NCBI GenBank assembly: GCA_963751455.1
Contig: CAVVUN010000006.1
Span: forward strand, 32,001-96,000
Reading direction: 5' to 3'
From: Nitrospirota bacterium
Lineage (GTDB): Bacteria; Nitrospirota; UBA9217
Length of the DNA stretch: 64,000 bases
The translations under genes and the position numbers were made by a program. A model generated the notes under the pieces. That model was not told the DNA's origin. It saw nothing but the letters and a program-made list of their open reading frames with translations, and searched no databases. This document shows positions 36,930 to 47,488 of the stretch, piece after piece (the stretch's first letter is position 1; the number at the start of each line of letters is the position of its first letter).

Positions 36930-39900
36930 TTATCTGCAGGGAATAAATTGTATGCTGCTTTTTGACGTGCGAATCATTTCATGAAAACGGGTTATGGCTT
37001 TCTCGATTTCCTCGGACGTGTTATCGATGCCCAGAGAGATGCGTATCGAGCAATGCGCCTCTTCCTCCGACAGCCCCATGGCAAGAAGAACATGGGAAGG
37101 TTTCGGAGAACCGGAGCGGCAGGCTGATCCCGAAGAGAGACATACTCCTTTCTGATCAAGCGCAAGCACCACGGACTCTCCGCGCATACCGGGCAGCGTC
37201 ATATTCACGGTATTCGGCAACCGATCAGTGACGTCTCCGTTTATGCAGGAACCGGCAGCAAGCTGCAGAAGAGCGCGTTCAAGCCGGTCACGCATCGTTC
37301 TGACGCTCTGCATCCGCGCCAGATTTGCTGCTGCAAGCTGCGCCGCCTTTCCAAGTCCTGCAATGGCCGGCGCGTTCTCGGTCCCGGCCCGCAGGCCCCC
37401 CTCCTGGCTGCCGCCGTGAATGAGCGGTTCAAGCACCGCGCCTTTTCGCAGGTAAAGAATGCCGACGCCTTTCGGTCCGTGTATTTTGTGTCCCGACGCT
37501 GAAAGGAAATCGACACCCAGCGTGTCAACGTCCAGCGGAACTTTTCCGACTGCCTGGACTGCATCGGTATGAAACAGCACGCCATGCTCCCTGGCGATTC
37601 GCGAGAGTTCGGGAATCGGCTGAATCGTCCCGGTTTCGTTGTTCGCGGTCATGATGCTCGCGAGGAGCGTTCTGTCCGTCAACGCGGCTTGAAATTTTCC
37701 GGGGTCTGTCTTTCCTGTCCTGCTGACCGGCAGATACGTAAGCTGAAAGCCATTCCGTTCAAGCCAGGCGCATGTTGCAAGCACCGAAGGATGCTCCACC
37801 GATGTCGTGATAATATGGTTTTTGCCTTTCCTGTTCGCGAAAGCGACCCCTTTCAACACAAGATTGTTGGACTCGGATCCCCCTCCCGTAAAGACGATCC
37901 GTCTTGCCGTACAATTCAGCAGCTGCCCGATACTCCGCCGTGCCGCTTCTATCGTGAAATGCGCGTCCCTTCCCTCCCTGTAGATGCTCGACGGATTTCC
38001 ATACCGGTGTCTTAAGCAATCCGTCATTACTTCCAGCACCTCCGAAGCTACCGGCGTGGTGGCGTTATGATCCAGGTAAATTCGTCCTGCTGACGATAGG
38101 GCCGAAGTTTCCCTGACTGAAACAGGAAAATATTCACCCGTATCAATTCGATGGCCGGCAGCAGCCGTTGAAACCCTCCTGACATCGCAGAGAAGCGCCT
38201 TGTACACCGGGAACCCGGATATCGGATCATATTGTCCGAGGTCGGTAAGATCGTTGACATTGCAGTGCTGCCATGCCTCCGGCCCAACCGGTCCTCCCCC
38301 TCCCATGTTAGCGTCAACAGTTCCCTGCACAATGTCTTCCGTTACGAGCGCCCGCATCCTTATCTGCCCTCTTGAAGTCATGACCGACACAACGTCTCCC
38401 TGTTTGATGTTTCTTGTGCGTGCGTCTTCGATATTAATAGTGACTGTCGGCTCCGGCCGTTCACGGCACAGTTCAGGAACACCATGGTGCTGAGACCGGA
38501 AGTCGGTCGTCACGCGGGAACCTGAATTAAAAACGAGCGGGAAACGTTCAGCCAGGTCCGGCCGGGACCGCGGACCCTCCCTGGGTTCTGTATAGACCGG
38601 AAGCGGATCGTAGCCGTATTCCTCAAGGATCGAGGAAGCGATTTCGAATTTGCCGGAGGGTGTTTCGAACCCCGGCTGCTTGTCCTTCCTCAAGAGCCCC
38701 TTCTCCCATTTTTTGTATTGCATCATGACCGTGGGGACGCTTACTGTTCCACCGGCCTCTCGGACGTCTGCGAGCGTAAAACCGGAACCTTTCAGAACGT
38801 GCTTCAGAAGCTCCTCCTCGTTTTGCGGATACCGGTCTCCGTAGCCCAGGCGCTGTGCGAGGCCCGCCATGATGAAAAAATCGTTTCGCGCTTCACCCTG
38901 CGGTTCTATCACTTTTTCCCGGATCCGGAATACCGGCCCGTAGGTCATATACGACTCGATCTCGTACATCGTACAGGCAGGCAGAACAATGTCCGCATAA
39001 GCGCAGTCGGCAGTAAGCTGACGATCGATGCAAACCAGGAAATCGAGGCTGCCGAGCGTTTTTCTCCAGATTTCCGGTTGGGGCCATGAGGTCAGAATTG
39101 AAGATCCGAGGATAAGGAGAGACGTGACCGGATAGGGACGACCGTTCAAAACCGCGTCCGGGAGGGCCTGCGGGTGGGATTCGTCCCTGTAGAGGCTGTA
39201 GATCGGGAAATGCTCCCTGCCTATCGACTTCCCCGGGTCCGGGTTCTTGACATGGCCGTCCCTGTTGATGGGGAACCTGTTTTCGTTCATGGTAAAGCAG
39301 CGTCCGCCCGGGACATCCATCTGACCTGCAAGCGCCCACAGTATCATGGTCGCCCGTATTGCCTGGACCCCGCTGTCGCTGTATTCGAGGCCGCTGTACA
39401 TTATCGGAGAAGCCCCGTTCGCATCCGCGATTCGCCTCGCGAGAGACCGTACGGTATCCGCGGCCACGCCGGTAATGTGCTCCACGACCTCCGGTCTGAA
39501 GTGCCGGACATATTCCGAAAATTTGTCGAATCCCCTTGTCCAGTCGCGAATAAAAGCCTCATCATGCGATTCTTCGCTGAGCAGCACGTTGCACATACCC
39601 AGCGCAAGGGCCCCGTCCGTGCCCGGCCTGATCCTGATCCATTCCGCGCCCGGGAGCCCGGCAGTCCGGGTCCTTCTCGGATCGATCATGACAAGGCGCG
39701 CGCCGCGCTGCACCGCCCCCGAGATCCTCTGAAAATCGAGGGGAGGGCAGTCGGTTGCGGGGTTCGCACCCCAGACAACGATGAGCCCGGCATTTTCAAT
39801 GTCCGAGAACATGTTTATAAGCATGCCGCCCATTGTCACATGGGGAGCGATCATGGCAAAAGAAACGTAGCAGAGGGAACCGACACCCATGGTATTCGGC

Positions 39901-40310
39901 GAACCGTATGGGAAGAGCACACTCGAGGCTGACGAGACAGCAACGCCCTTCGGCTGGTATACATCGCACAGGGAGAGCTCGAAGCTTCCCCTCCCCGTAT
40001 AGATGGCGGCAGCCTGGGGGCCGTACTCTGCCTTGACCCTGTTAAGCTTCCCCACGATGATTTCATAGGCGAGGTCCCACGAGATTGCTTCAAAATCGTA
40101 GCTGCCCTTTGCGCCTTTCCTGCGCATCGGATGGAGCAGCCTGTCTTTCGAATACACAATACCGGCGGAGTTTTCTCCGAGCTTGCAGAGCATCCCAAGC
40201 TGCGATGTTTCGTCGGGCCTGATTGAATCGAGCCGCCCCTTTTCATCAAAGGCGGCAACGATCCAGCACCCGGCCGGACAGACGCCGCACAATGCACGTT
40301 TTTCGATCAT
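36930..40310 (-). CDS. Molybdopterin-oxidoreductase + IscS-type cysteine desulfurase fusion (metallopterin-dependent ergothioneine synthase, MES-like)
   Basis: CGVCPAGC..LCKLG 4Fe-4S motif, VWGANP, IRPGTDGALA, ADIVLP; then YLDHNATTP, HTDAVQ, SGHKIHGPKG, SSGSAC; ends FIPCR; directly upstream of egtD. Confidence 0.88.
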   Translation of the reverse strand: MIEKRALCGVCPAGCWIVAAFDEKGRLDSIRPDETSQLGMLCKLGENSAGIVYSKDRLLHPMRRKGAKGSYDFEAISWDLAYEIIVGKLNRVKAEYGPQAAAIYTGRGSFELSLCDVYQPKGVAVSSASSVLFPYGSPNTMGVGSLCYVSFAMIAPHVTMGGMLINMFSDIENAGLIVVWGANPATDCPPLDFQRISGAVQRGARLVMIDPRRTRTAGLPGAEWIRIRPGTDGALALGMCNVLLSEESHDEAFIRDWTRGFDKFSEYVRHFRPEVVEHITGVAADTVRSLARRIADANGASPIMYSGLEYSDSGVQAIRATMILWALAGQMDVPGGRCFTMNENRFPINRDGHVKNPDPGKSIGREHFPIYSLYRDESHPQALPDAVLNGRPYPVTSLLILGSSILTSWPQPEIWRKTLGSLDFLVCIDRQLTADCAYADIVLPACTMYEIESYMTYGPVFRIREKVIEPQGEARNDFFIMAGLAQRLGYGDRYPQNEEELLKHVLKGSGFTLADVREAGGTVSVPTVMMQYKKWEKGLLRKDKQPGFETPSGKFEIASSILEEYGYDPLPVYTEPREGPRSRPDLAERFPLVFNSGSRVTTDFRSQHHGVPELCRERPEPTVTINIEDARTRNIKQGDVVSVMTSRGQIRMRALVTEDIVQGTVDANMGGGGPVGPEAWQHCNVNDLTDLGQYDPISGFPVYKALLCDVRRVSTAAAGHRIDTGEYFPVSVRETSALSSAGRIYLDHNATTPVASEVLEVMTDCLRHRYGNPSSIYREGRDAHFTIEAARRSIGQLLNCTARRIVFTGGGSESNNLVLKGVAFANRKGKNHIITTSVEHPSVLATCAWLERNGFQLTYLPVSRTGKTDPGKFQAALTDRTLLASIMTANNETGTIQPIPELSRIAREHGVLFHTDAVQAVGKVPLDVDTLGVDFLSASGHKIHGPKGVGILYLRKGAVLEPLIHGGSQEGGLRAGTENAPAIAGLGKAAQLAAANLARMQSVRTMRDRLERALLQLAAGSCINGDVTDRLPNTVNMTLPGMRGESVVLALDQKGVCLSSGSACRSGSPKPSHVLLAMGLSEEEAHCSIRISLGIDNTSEEIEKAITRFHEMIRTSKSSIQFIPCR

Positions 40311-40469
40311 GGCTGCATACCATTGATTGAGTAGACCGAGAGTTTGCGGGAGATATATCTATGAACCTATCACGAGGAATACTAACTGTCAAAAGACGGG
40401 GAGAGGAGAGTGAAGTGACTGGAAATCCGGAGTGAATCTCTCTTCGTAAATTGTAAGTATGAGAAGAAT

Positions 40470-40774
40470 CTAGCAGGCTGCTGAAAAAGTGTTTTGAGTG
40501 GTTCGACAAGCTCACCACGAACGGATAATCCTGAAAAAAGCAGTTGGACACGGATAAAATCTGATCAACACGGATTTATAGGAAGTTACGAACAGTAATG
40601 TTCACCCAAAAGGCGAGATGGCTTTTTGCTCTATCACATTGTTTTGATCCGCTGTTTCCGTGTTCATCCGTGTTCAAATGCCGTTTTTAGGATAATAGCA
40701 AATGTTTCAATGGCCGAACCGTTCGCCCTGAGCCTGTCGAAGGGTGAACGGGGCTTTTTTCAGCAGACTGCTAG
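40470..40774. mobile_element. MITE A: CTAG-flanked, TIR CAGGCTGCTGAAAAA, containing nested REP pairs
   Basis: CTAG CAGGCTGCTGAAAAAG ... CTTTTTTCAGCAGACTG CTAG. Confidence 0.75.
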
Positions 40775-40982
40775 TGTAGTGTCTCACAAACGACTGGTGT
40801 TATCATAGCGAGTAGGCCGCAGCCAAACTTGTAGGGCAAGGCTTTAGCCTTGCTGAAACGCCGGAACAGCAGCAACCCTAAAGGGTCGCCCTACAAATTC
40901 ATCAGCAAATATTTATGCGAAGATATCAAGTTTTCGATGAGAAATCATCATAACACCGTCCATTTAAGAGACACTACACTAG
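40771..40982. mobile_element. MITE B: CTAG-flanked, TIR TGTAGTGTCTC, containing a GTAGGGC..GCCCTAC REP
   Basis: CTAG TGTAGTGTCTC ... GAGACACTACA CTAG. Confidence 0.75.
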
Positions 40983-41010
40983 CAGGCTGGTGTTTGAACC
41001 GGCCGGATTC

Positions 41011-41655
41011 CTAGGTTTCCCGGTTATTGCGGGACGAGAAAAACCACTGCACGAAATAATCCCCGATAAAACCGACATACGCTCCGGCGATAACATCACT
41101 CAGAAAATGATAATTTGTGGCAATGAGCGCCACTGAGAGAACCGCCAGACAGCCGTACGCAGCATACCGGTACCGGGGATAATAGCGGGCAACGGCAAGA
41201 AAGAAAGCGGTAAAAACAGCCATGTGACCGGAAGGAAAACTTGTGTAGTTTCCGCTTCCATGAAACCAGTGAAATTCCCTTGCCCTGGGATACTGCACCC
41301 AGAACCGGGCATCTATCCTTCCGACAATCATCTTGAGCACTGATTTCGCGACAAACGTCAACGGCAGCGTGACCGCAATCATTCGGGAAAACCGGGTATG
41401 CTGGTTGTATACGCCGTGCCGCGTCAAATAGAGATAAGCGGCCCATGAGGCGCCGGAGACGACGCACACGATAAGAAACAGGACGTCCGGGACGTTCGAG
41501 GAGAAGACGTCCATTTTTGCCATCAGGACTTTTTTCACGAAAAACGCAACCGGTTTGTCGAGTAAATAATAACTACCCGTCACAGACACTGCGGCAAGCA
41601 GGGAACTGAACCAAATATTCTTCGTATTCGAATTCATGGCCGGTAATATTCTCAT
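41011..41655 (-). CDS. PAP2 family membrane phosphatase
   Basis: KMIVGR, SFPSGH, HFLSDVIAG; hydrophobic. Confidence 0.88.
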   Translation of the reverse strand: MRILPAMNSNTKNIWFSSLLAAVSVTGSYYLLDKPVAFFVKKVLMAKMDVFSSNVPDVLFLIVCVVSGASWAAYLYLTRHGVYNQHTRFSRMIAVTLPLTFVAKSVLKMIVGRIDARFWVQYPRAREFHWFHGSGNYTSFPSGHMAVFTAFFLAVARYYPRYRYAAYGCLAVLSVALIATNYHFLSDVIAGAYVGFIGDYFVQWFFSSRNNRET

Positions 41656-41694
41656 GGATCTGGAAAAATGACAAGCATTTATCCGGAAAACGGC

Positions 41695-41845
41695 AATTGG
41701 ACGCGGATGAACGCAGATTAGCGCAGATAAAACAAAGTCTTTTTGATCAAATGCGACTCGCCAGTTCGGTGATTCTTTTTAGAAGTTGAAAATCTTTTTT
41801 ATTCAAGCTTTATCTGCGTCTATCCGATTTTTCTGCGTCTCAAAT
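41695..41845. repeat. Inverted 9-mer repeat element (ACGCGGAT/ACGCAGAT vs ATCTGCGT); related copies at about 40545-40680 and 53880-54000
   Basis: ggacgcggatgaacgcagattagcgcagataa ... ttatctgcgtctatccgatttttctgcgtc. Confidence 0.6.
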
Positions 41846-41892
41846 GCTCGTTTTAGGTTTATGCCTGAAGTGCAGTGAGGCGCACTGCCGGG

Positions 41893-43221
41893 TCAGGCGC
41901 GGGACCCCTGCCTTCGGGGTTTGAAACTGCGGGAAGCCGGTTTCTGCGCAGCGGCAACTGCAGTGCGGGAAGAAGAATCCTTCTTCGGCTGGTGCGCTCC
42001 GGGCCGTTCCGCGAAAGCCGGACGGTTTCCCTTCTGCGGTGCGCGCGACCGCGGTTCCCGCGGCGGACGGGCAAATTCCGCATCACGCTGAGGCGCGGCT
42101 TTTTTGTAATCGAAGTCCTTGAGTGTCCTGCGCTCTATACTCCTGCCGATGACCCGCTCTATGCTCCGTACCAGAGGATCATCTTCCCTGGTGACAAAGG
42201 TAAAGGCATCGCCCGTTTTGGCGGCCCGGCCCGTACGGCCGATACGGTGCGTATACGCGTCGGTCGTGTCGGGGATATCGTAGTTGATTACATGAGATAT
42301 GCTCGACACATCTATGCCGCGCGCTGCGATGTCGGTCGCCACAAGGATCTGGTAGGAGCCGTCGCGAAATCCATCGAGCGCGGCCTGGCGCCTGTTCTGG
42401 GACAAATTGCCCTGGAGCGATGCGGCCTTGTAGCCGGCCTTCTCGAGCTGCTGTCCGATCCGTTTTGCGCGATGCTTGGTCCGCGTGAAGATGAGAATGG
42501 ATTCCGTATCCGTGTGCTTCAGCAGTTCCATCAGCAGCGCAGTCTTTAAATGCTGCTCGACCGGATACAGTGCATGTGATACGGTGTTGAGGGGCGCAGT
42601 GTGGTCTACCTGCACCGTCACGGGTTTGTGCAGTACTTCATGCGCGAGCTTCCGTATATCATCCGCCATCGTTGCCGAGAACATGAGCGTCTGGCGCTTG
42701 GGCGGCACGTGCCTGATGATCCTCCTGACGTCCGGCAGGAAACCCATGTCGAACATCCGGTCGGCTTCATCAAGAACGAGCACCTCGAGGTGTGACAGGT
42801 CAATCGTCTTTTGGTTGATATGGTCCAGCAGCCTGCCGGGACAGGCTACGACGATCTCGACGCCTGCGCGGAGTTTCTGGACCTGGGGGTTAATAGAGAC
42901 GCCGCCGTAGATCGTGATGCTGCGCACGCGTGTCTTCCGGCCGAGATCTGCGATCGAGACGTTGATCTGTTCGGCCAGCTCGCGCGTAGGCGCGATAATA
43001 AGGGCCCGCACGATGCCTCGGGGACCGGTCAGCAGCCGTTCGAGAATAGGCAGGACGAATGCTGCAGTTTTTCCGGTTCCTGTCTGCGCGAGGCCCATGA
43101 CATCGCTGCCCTGCATGACCGGCGGGATCGCCTTGACCTGGATCGGTGTGGGAACCCGGTAGCCGAGCGCTTCCACGCCGGCCGCTATGTTTGGATGGAG
43201 CTTGAACGAACTGAAATTCAC
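41893..43221 (-). CDS. rhlE: DEAD-box RNA helicase (RhlE-like)
   Basis: AQTGTGKT, PTRELA, DEAD, SAT, TDIAARGID, HRIGRTGR; start reassigned to GTG 43221 (VNFSSF) after AAGAAGG. Confidence 0.9.
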   Translation of the reverse strand: MNFSSFKLHPNIAAGVEALGYRVPTPIQVKAIPPVMQGSDVMGLAQTGTGKTAAFVLPILERLLTGPRGIVRALIIAPTRELAEQINVSIADLGRKTRVRSITIYGGVSINPQVQKLRAGVEIVVACPGRLLDHINQKTIDLSHLEVLVLDEADRMFDMGFLPDVRRIIRHVPPKRQTLMFSATMADDIRKLAHEVLHKPVTVQVDHTAPLNTVSHALYPVEQHLKTALLMELLKHTDTESILIFTRTKHRAKRIGQQLEKAGYKAASLQGNLSQNRRQAALDGFRDGSYQILVATDIAARGIDVSSISHVINYDIPDTTDAYTHRIGRTGRAAKTGDAFTFVTREDDPLVRSIERVIGRSIERRTLKDFDYKKAAPQRDAEFARPPREPRSRAPQKGNRPAFAERPGAHQPKKDSSSRTAVAAAQKPASRSFKPRRQGSRA

Positions 43222-43290
43222 TATGACCTTCTTTCTTGCGGCATCATCTTCAGGAAGAACATGCATCCCCGCCGCCGGGATACACTCCAT

Positions 43291-43416
43291 AAATAAAAAG
43301 GCTATCAGGATTCACCGTGATAGCCTCCGTTTCAACTCTGCACAGCTGGCATATCGGCGGCCGGCTTGAATCGATGAATACAGGTGCGAGCCGGCCCCTC
43401 ACCATAATCAAGAATC
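43291..43416 (-). promoter_or_regulatory. Structured 5' leader of rhlE with intrinsic terminator (candidate attenuator)
   Basis: Stem GGCCGGCT/AGCCGGCC, then AGGCTATCA-loop-TGATAGCCT followed by TTTTATTT, upstream of the start codon. Confidence 0.65.
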
Positions 43417-43422
43417 AAGCGT

Positions 43423-43452
43423 ACAATACCATACAGAGAAACATGATGTCAA
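43423..43452 (-). promoter_or_regulatory. Sigma70 promoter of rhlE leader
   Basis: TTGACA-N18-TATTGT with TGn extension. Confidence 0.55.
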
Positions 43453-43582
43453 AGATATAATGGACATCGAAACCTAACAGAGGGAAAATGCTGACAAAAA
43501 AATGAAATTTGCTGAAAAAGAAGCAAATTTTGCAGACATATTTTCTCTGTCTGCGCAGGATGGTGAAATTTATTATTGGGGT

Positions 43583-43846
43583 CTACGCTTCAACAAAGCA
43601 AAGGTCATTGTCGCCGAACTGACAATCGTCTGGCACGAGTCTCTGCTCGCCGTGTCCCCTCGTCGTGCTCCTGATGGCTTCGAGCGCACCGGGTTCGCCT
43701 TGCGGGATCCCGGGAATCTCGGGTTCGAGCACAGGCTGTTTCAGCTCTTCGGCCTCATCCCTGAACGCTCTCACCTCGTAGGCCTCGGTAAGTGTTTCCC
43801 GATCCTGAAATTTCAGGATTTTCTTTAAAGCCGCTTTCATTGTCAT
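43583..43846 (-). CDS. Small acidic hypothetical protein
   Basis: 87 aa, AAGAGG RBS, follows putA on the same strand, ends PDDCQFGDNDLCFVEA. Confidence 0.55.
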   Translation of the reverse strand: MTMKAALKKILKFQDRETLTEAYEVRAFRDEAEELKQPVLEPEIPGIPQGEPGALEAIRSTTRGHGEQRLVPDDCQFGDNDLCFVEA

Positions 43847-43896
43847 CGCCTCTTTTCCGTTTTTTTCTTTGCTTTAATTATAGCACCACGCTTCAC

Positions 43897-46809
43897 CTAC
43901 GCTTGCTCGAAGGGAGCAAATCCGCGTCGTATCGTGTTCTCGCTCGTACTTACGGGATTCATGAACTGAAGCAGATAGTCCGGGCCGCCTGCCTTGGAAC
44001 CGATGCCGGACATGCCGAACCCGCCAAAAGGCTGCCGGCCCACAAGCGCACCCGTAATTTTCCTGTTGATATAAAGATTTCCGACAAGAAACTCACGTTT
44101 GACTTTCTCTATGTTCGCCGGGCTTCTCGAAAAAAGCCCGCCCGTCAGCGCGTACACGCTTTTATTTGCGATGCGTACGGCATCATCGATGTCCTTTGCA
44201 CGCAGTACGGCAAGGACGGGCCCGAATATCTCCTCGGTCGCAATCCGGGATTCGGGATCGGCATCTGCAATAATGAGCGGGCCGGCAAAGTACCCTTCGC
44301 CTGATACCTTTTTTTCGAAGATAGCTTTTCCCTCGGTCCTCCCGATGTCTCCGTATGCCCGAATCTTGTTGAGCGCCGATTGATCGATGACCGGTCCTAT
44401 AAAATTGCCCGGATCTTCCGGATTCCCGATTCTTAAACTCGCAGCAGCCTGCGTGAGCCGGTCGCATAGTTTCTGGTATATTTGGCCCACGATAATGAGC
44501 CGTGAACAAGCAGAGCACTTCTGCCCCTGGTATCCAAAGGCGGACTCTATGATGCCTTTTACCGCTTCATCAAGATCCGCTGTTTCGTCTGCGATGATCG
44601 CATTTTTCCCGCCCATTTCCGCAACCACCCGCTTGACGGCGCGCTGGCCTTGTTTGATCTCACTCGCCAGCTGAGTGATCCGGAGACCGACTTCCCGGGA
44701 ACCCGTGAATGCGATGAAATCAATTGACGGATGGCTGACCAGGTATTCACCGACTTCCTTTCCCGGTCCCGGCAGGAACTGCAGCACGCCGGCCGGGAGT
44801 CCCACTGACCTGAAGGTTTGAACGAGCCGGTATCCGATAACCGGAGACAGGCCCGAGGGTTTGAAGATAACGCAGTTGCCCGTGACGATTGCAGCAGAAG
44901 TCATTCCCGTTGCTATCGCGAGCGGAAAGTTCCATGGCGAAATAACGACCCCGATGCCTTTTGAGTGATAGGTGTATTCATTTTGTTCACCCGGATAGCC
45001 GTCCAGGATTCGCGGCTTGCCCAGGCGAAGCATTTCCCTGCCGTAGTATTCCAGATAATCTATCGCCTCAGCCACGTCGCCGTCCGCATCCTTCCAGGTC
45101 TTTCCTGCTTCCAGCACTTCGAGCGCTGCAAGCTCGAAGCGTTTTTTTCGCATTTCCTCGGCAGCCCTGAAAAGATAGTTCGCCCGCTTTTCCGGCGAGG
45201 TCTTTCTCCATGGATAACGGGCGGTAAGAGCGGCACTTATCGCTGCATCCGCGTCTTTTGTCCGGCTGGATGACACCTTTCCAATAACTTCGTCAGGCTT
45301 TGACGGGTTTCTTGACACAATTTCCGCATCGGTCATGAACTCCCGGTCTCCTATTACCAGCGGTAATCTGCCGCCCATGTTCGAGCGCACTTCGACGAGC
45401 GCTTGAGACATCCTGTTTCTATTCTCCGCAATCGAGAAGTCCAGAACAGGTTCGTTCCTGAAACCCGGTGCTGCCCGTTCTATTGTCCTCACCTCCTGGC
45501 GCACCCTCGGCGGCTTCATCAGGTCCGAAAACGGAATGTCCCTGCCATAGGACCGTCTCAGGAACGATTCGTTCGATGTATTTTCGAGAAGACGCCGCAC
45601 GAGGTAAGCCATGCCGGGGATCAATTCGCCTGCGGGAGTATATACCCGCACCTGGTAACCGTGCTCCTGCAGGGACTTCCGGAGGGGTTCTGCCATACCG
45701 TAAAGGACCTGGAACTCGTACTCCTTCCGGAAAGTTTTTGCCGAATCCGCGCATGCGATTGCATAGCTCACGCTTCGCAGGTTGTGCGTGGCGATGACCG
45801 GCCGGATAATGTCCTTGTTTTCAAAAAGAGCCTTTGCAAGTTTCTCGAAACAGGCGTCTGTCTGGTCCTTCCGCAGATATACCGGGACCGGCCAGCCTCT
45901 CTGCCGGTTAATGACCACTTCATAATCCCAGTACGCTCCCTTTACCAGACGAATGCCGATTACTCTATTCCGCTGCCTGGTCCAGTTGATCAGTCCGGCG
46001 ATGTCGTCTTCCGAATCCGCAAGATACGCCTGGATCGCGATTCCGACGCCCGGCAGGTCTTTAAATTCATCCTCCTCGATGATGCTTTTGAATGCCGCGA
46101 TGGTCAAACCCTTGTAATAGTAATGCTCCATGTCGAAGGTGATGGAAATCCCGAGTTTCTTCGCTTTTCGGAGCACGGGCCTGAGCCCGTGCTTGATCCT
46201 CAATATCGAGCCGTCCCAGTCAACAGGGTCAAGCTGCGAATAAAAAGAAGATATTTTGACGGATACATCCGGCCGGGCCCCCGGCATGGTGTGGTGAATA
46301 AATTCGAGAAGCGCAAGGTATCGCTCTGTATACTTAAGCGCCTCCATATCACTCACCACTACCTCGCCCAGAATGTCAAGGCTGAACGAAGTTCCGTCTG
46401 ATTGCATTTTCAGGAGGATCCGGGCAAGGTCCTCCGGATCTTTTCCTGCGATGAACTGGCGTGCAACCGATTCAATGCCCTTCCGAACGATTGGTCCGAC
46501 AATCCACGGAACGATACCCCTCATAGGAAGGACCCCGATGCCGCTTCGCAGGAGGGCCGGCATCTCCGAATCTCCGTCGAAATACTCCCGCAGGAGGCTT
46601 ACCACGGATTCATTTGACTTCAGCGAAGGCAACAAATCCACAAAACGAAAAAGACGGACCTTGAACTCTTCATTTTTCATGGCACGGTCCATAAGCGCGC
46701 CGGTCCACCTCTTCCTGTTGAAAATCGGCGGAACATCGTCAAAGCCGGAATATATACCGAACCCTGTCTTCCGCACTCGCGCTTCGATATCGTCGATGAC
46801 TTTTTCCAT
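43897..46809 (-). CDS. putA: Bifunctional proline dehydrogenase / P5C dehydrogenase
   Basis: [32 protein letters not shown]; [28 protein letters not shown]. Confidence 0.96.
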   Translation of the reverse strand: MEKVIDDIEARVRKTGFGIYSGFDDVPPIFNRKRWTGALMDRAMKNEEFKVRLFRFVDLLPSLKSNESVVSLLREYFDGDSEMPALLRSGIGVLPMRGIVPWIVGPIVRKGIESVARQFIAGKDPEDLARILLKMQSDGTSFSLDILGEVVVSDMEALKYTERYLALLEFIHHTMPGARPDVSVKISSFYSQLDPVDWDGSILRIKHGLRPVLRKAKKLGISITFDMEHYYYKGLTIAAFKSIIEEDEFKDLPGVGIAIQAYLADSEDDIAGLINWTRQRNRVIGIRLVKGAYWDYEVVINRQRGWPVPVYLRKDQTDACFEKLAKALFENKDIIRPVIATHNLRSVSYAIACADSAKTFRKEYEFQVLYGMAEPLRKSLQEHGYQVRVYTPAGELIPGMAYLVRRLLENTSNESFLRRSYGRDIPFSDLMKPPRVRQEVRTIERAAPGFRNEPVLDFSIAENRNRMSQALVEVRSNMGGRLPLVIGDREFMTDAEIVSRNPSKPDEVIGKVSSSRTKDADAAISAALTARYPWRKTSPEKRANYLFRAAEEMRKKRFELAALEVLEAGKTWKDADGDVAEAIDYLEYYGREMLRLGKPRILDGYPGEQNEYTYHSKGIGVVISPWNFPLAIATGMTSAAIVTGNCVIFKPSGLSPVIGYRLVQTFRSVGLPAGVLQFLPGPGKEVGEYLVSHPSIDFIAFTGSREVGLRITQLASEIKQGQRAVKRVVAEMGGKNAIIADETADLDEAVKGIIESAFGYQGQKCSACSRLIIVGQIYQKLCDRLTQAAASLRIGNPEDPGNFIGPVIDQSALNKIRAYGDIGRTEGKAIFEKKVSGEGYFAGPLIIADADPESRIATEEIFGPVLAVLRAKDIDDAVRIANKSVYALTGGLFSRSPANIEKVKREFLVGNLYINRKITGALVGRQPFGGFGMSGIGSKAGGPDYLLQFMNPVSTSENTIRRGFAPFEQA

Positions 46810-46947
46810 ACAATAATTGTAGCACCGCCGTGCAGTTTTTACGGGCCGGTATTACATTACTTCCATTAATCTGGTAGAATCGAACAAGGGGCTGTTAAGA
46901 ATTTTTTGCGAAGCTTTTTTCGGTTTTCACCGGGTCAGGAGGGTTCT

Positions 46948-47433
46948 ATGGACATATACGAATATGCCATGAAGCTCGAGAAGGACGGTGAGGGATATTA
47001 TCGGGAACTCGTGATCAAGGTCGATAATCCGGGATTAAAGACGATATTGACCATGCTCGCCGACGCAGAGGTCCGCCATTACAATACCTTCCGGAGCATG
47101 AAAAACAATGAGCCGGTATCTGTCCCGGATACAACGCCTCTTCTCACTGAAGTAAAAAACATTTTCGTGCGTATGAAAGAGGAAGAAAAGGCTATTACGG
47201 AGAACGCCTCCGACATAGACCTCTACCGGAAGGCACAGGACATTGAAAAGAAGACGGAAGAATTTTATACCGAAAAATCAGCGGAAGTACCGGCAGCGCA
47301 AAAGCCTATATTTCTCAAGATAGCTGACGAGGAGAGAAAACACTATCTTATCCTCGAAAACATCATCAATTTCGTAAGCAGGCCGTTCGAATGGCTTGAA
47401 AACGCCGAATGGTACCATTTGGAAGAATATTAA
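46948..47433 (+). CDS. Ferritin/rubrerythrin-like protein
   Basis: AMKLEKDGEGYY, AEVRHY, AQDIEK..EFY, EERKHY; ATG after AGGAGG. Confidence 0.88.
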   Translation: MDIYEYAMKLEKDGEGYYRELVIKVDNPGLKTILTMLADAEVRHYNTFRSMKNNEPVSVPDTTPLLTEVKNIFVRMKEEEKAITENASDIDLYRKAQDIEKKTEEFYTEKSAEVPAAQKPIFLKIADEERKHYLILENIINFVSRPFEWLENAEWYHLEEY

Positions 47434-47488
47434 GAGTGAAGTAAGAAGTAAGAAGGCAGAAGCATCGCACTTCTTAATTCGCGTTTTC

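Noticed and set aside
36930-38110. Separate iscS gene or Fe-S assembly operon
   Set aside because: The desulfurase is fused in frame to the molybdopterin module, and there are no iscU/iscR neighbours
40311-40469. Moco/Wco riboswitch upstream of the molybdoenzyme
   Set aside because: No recognisable consensus structure by eye
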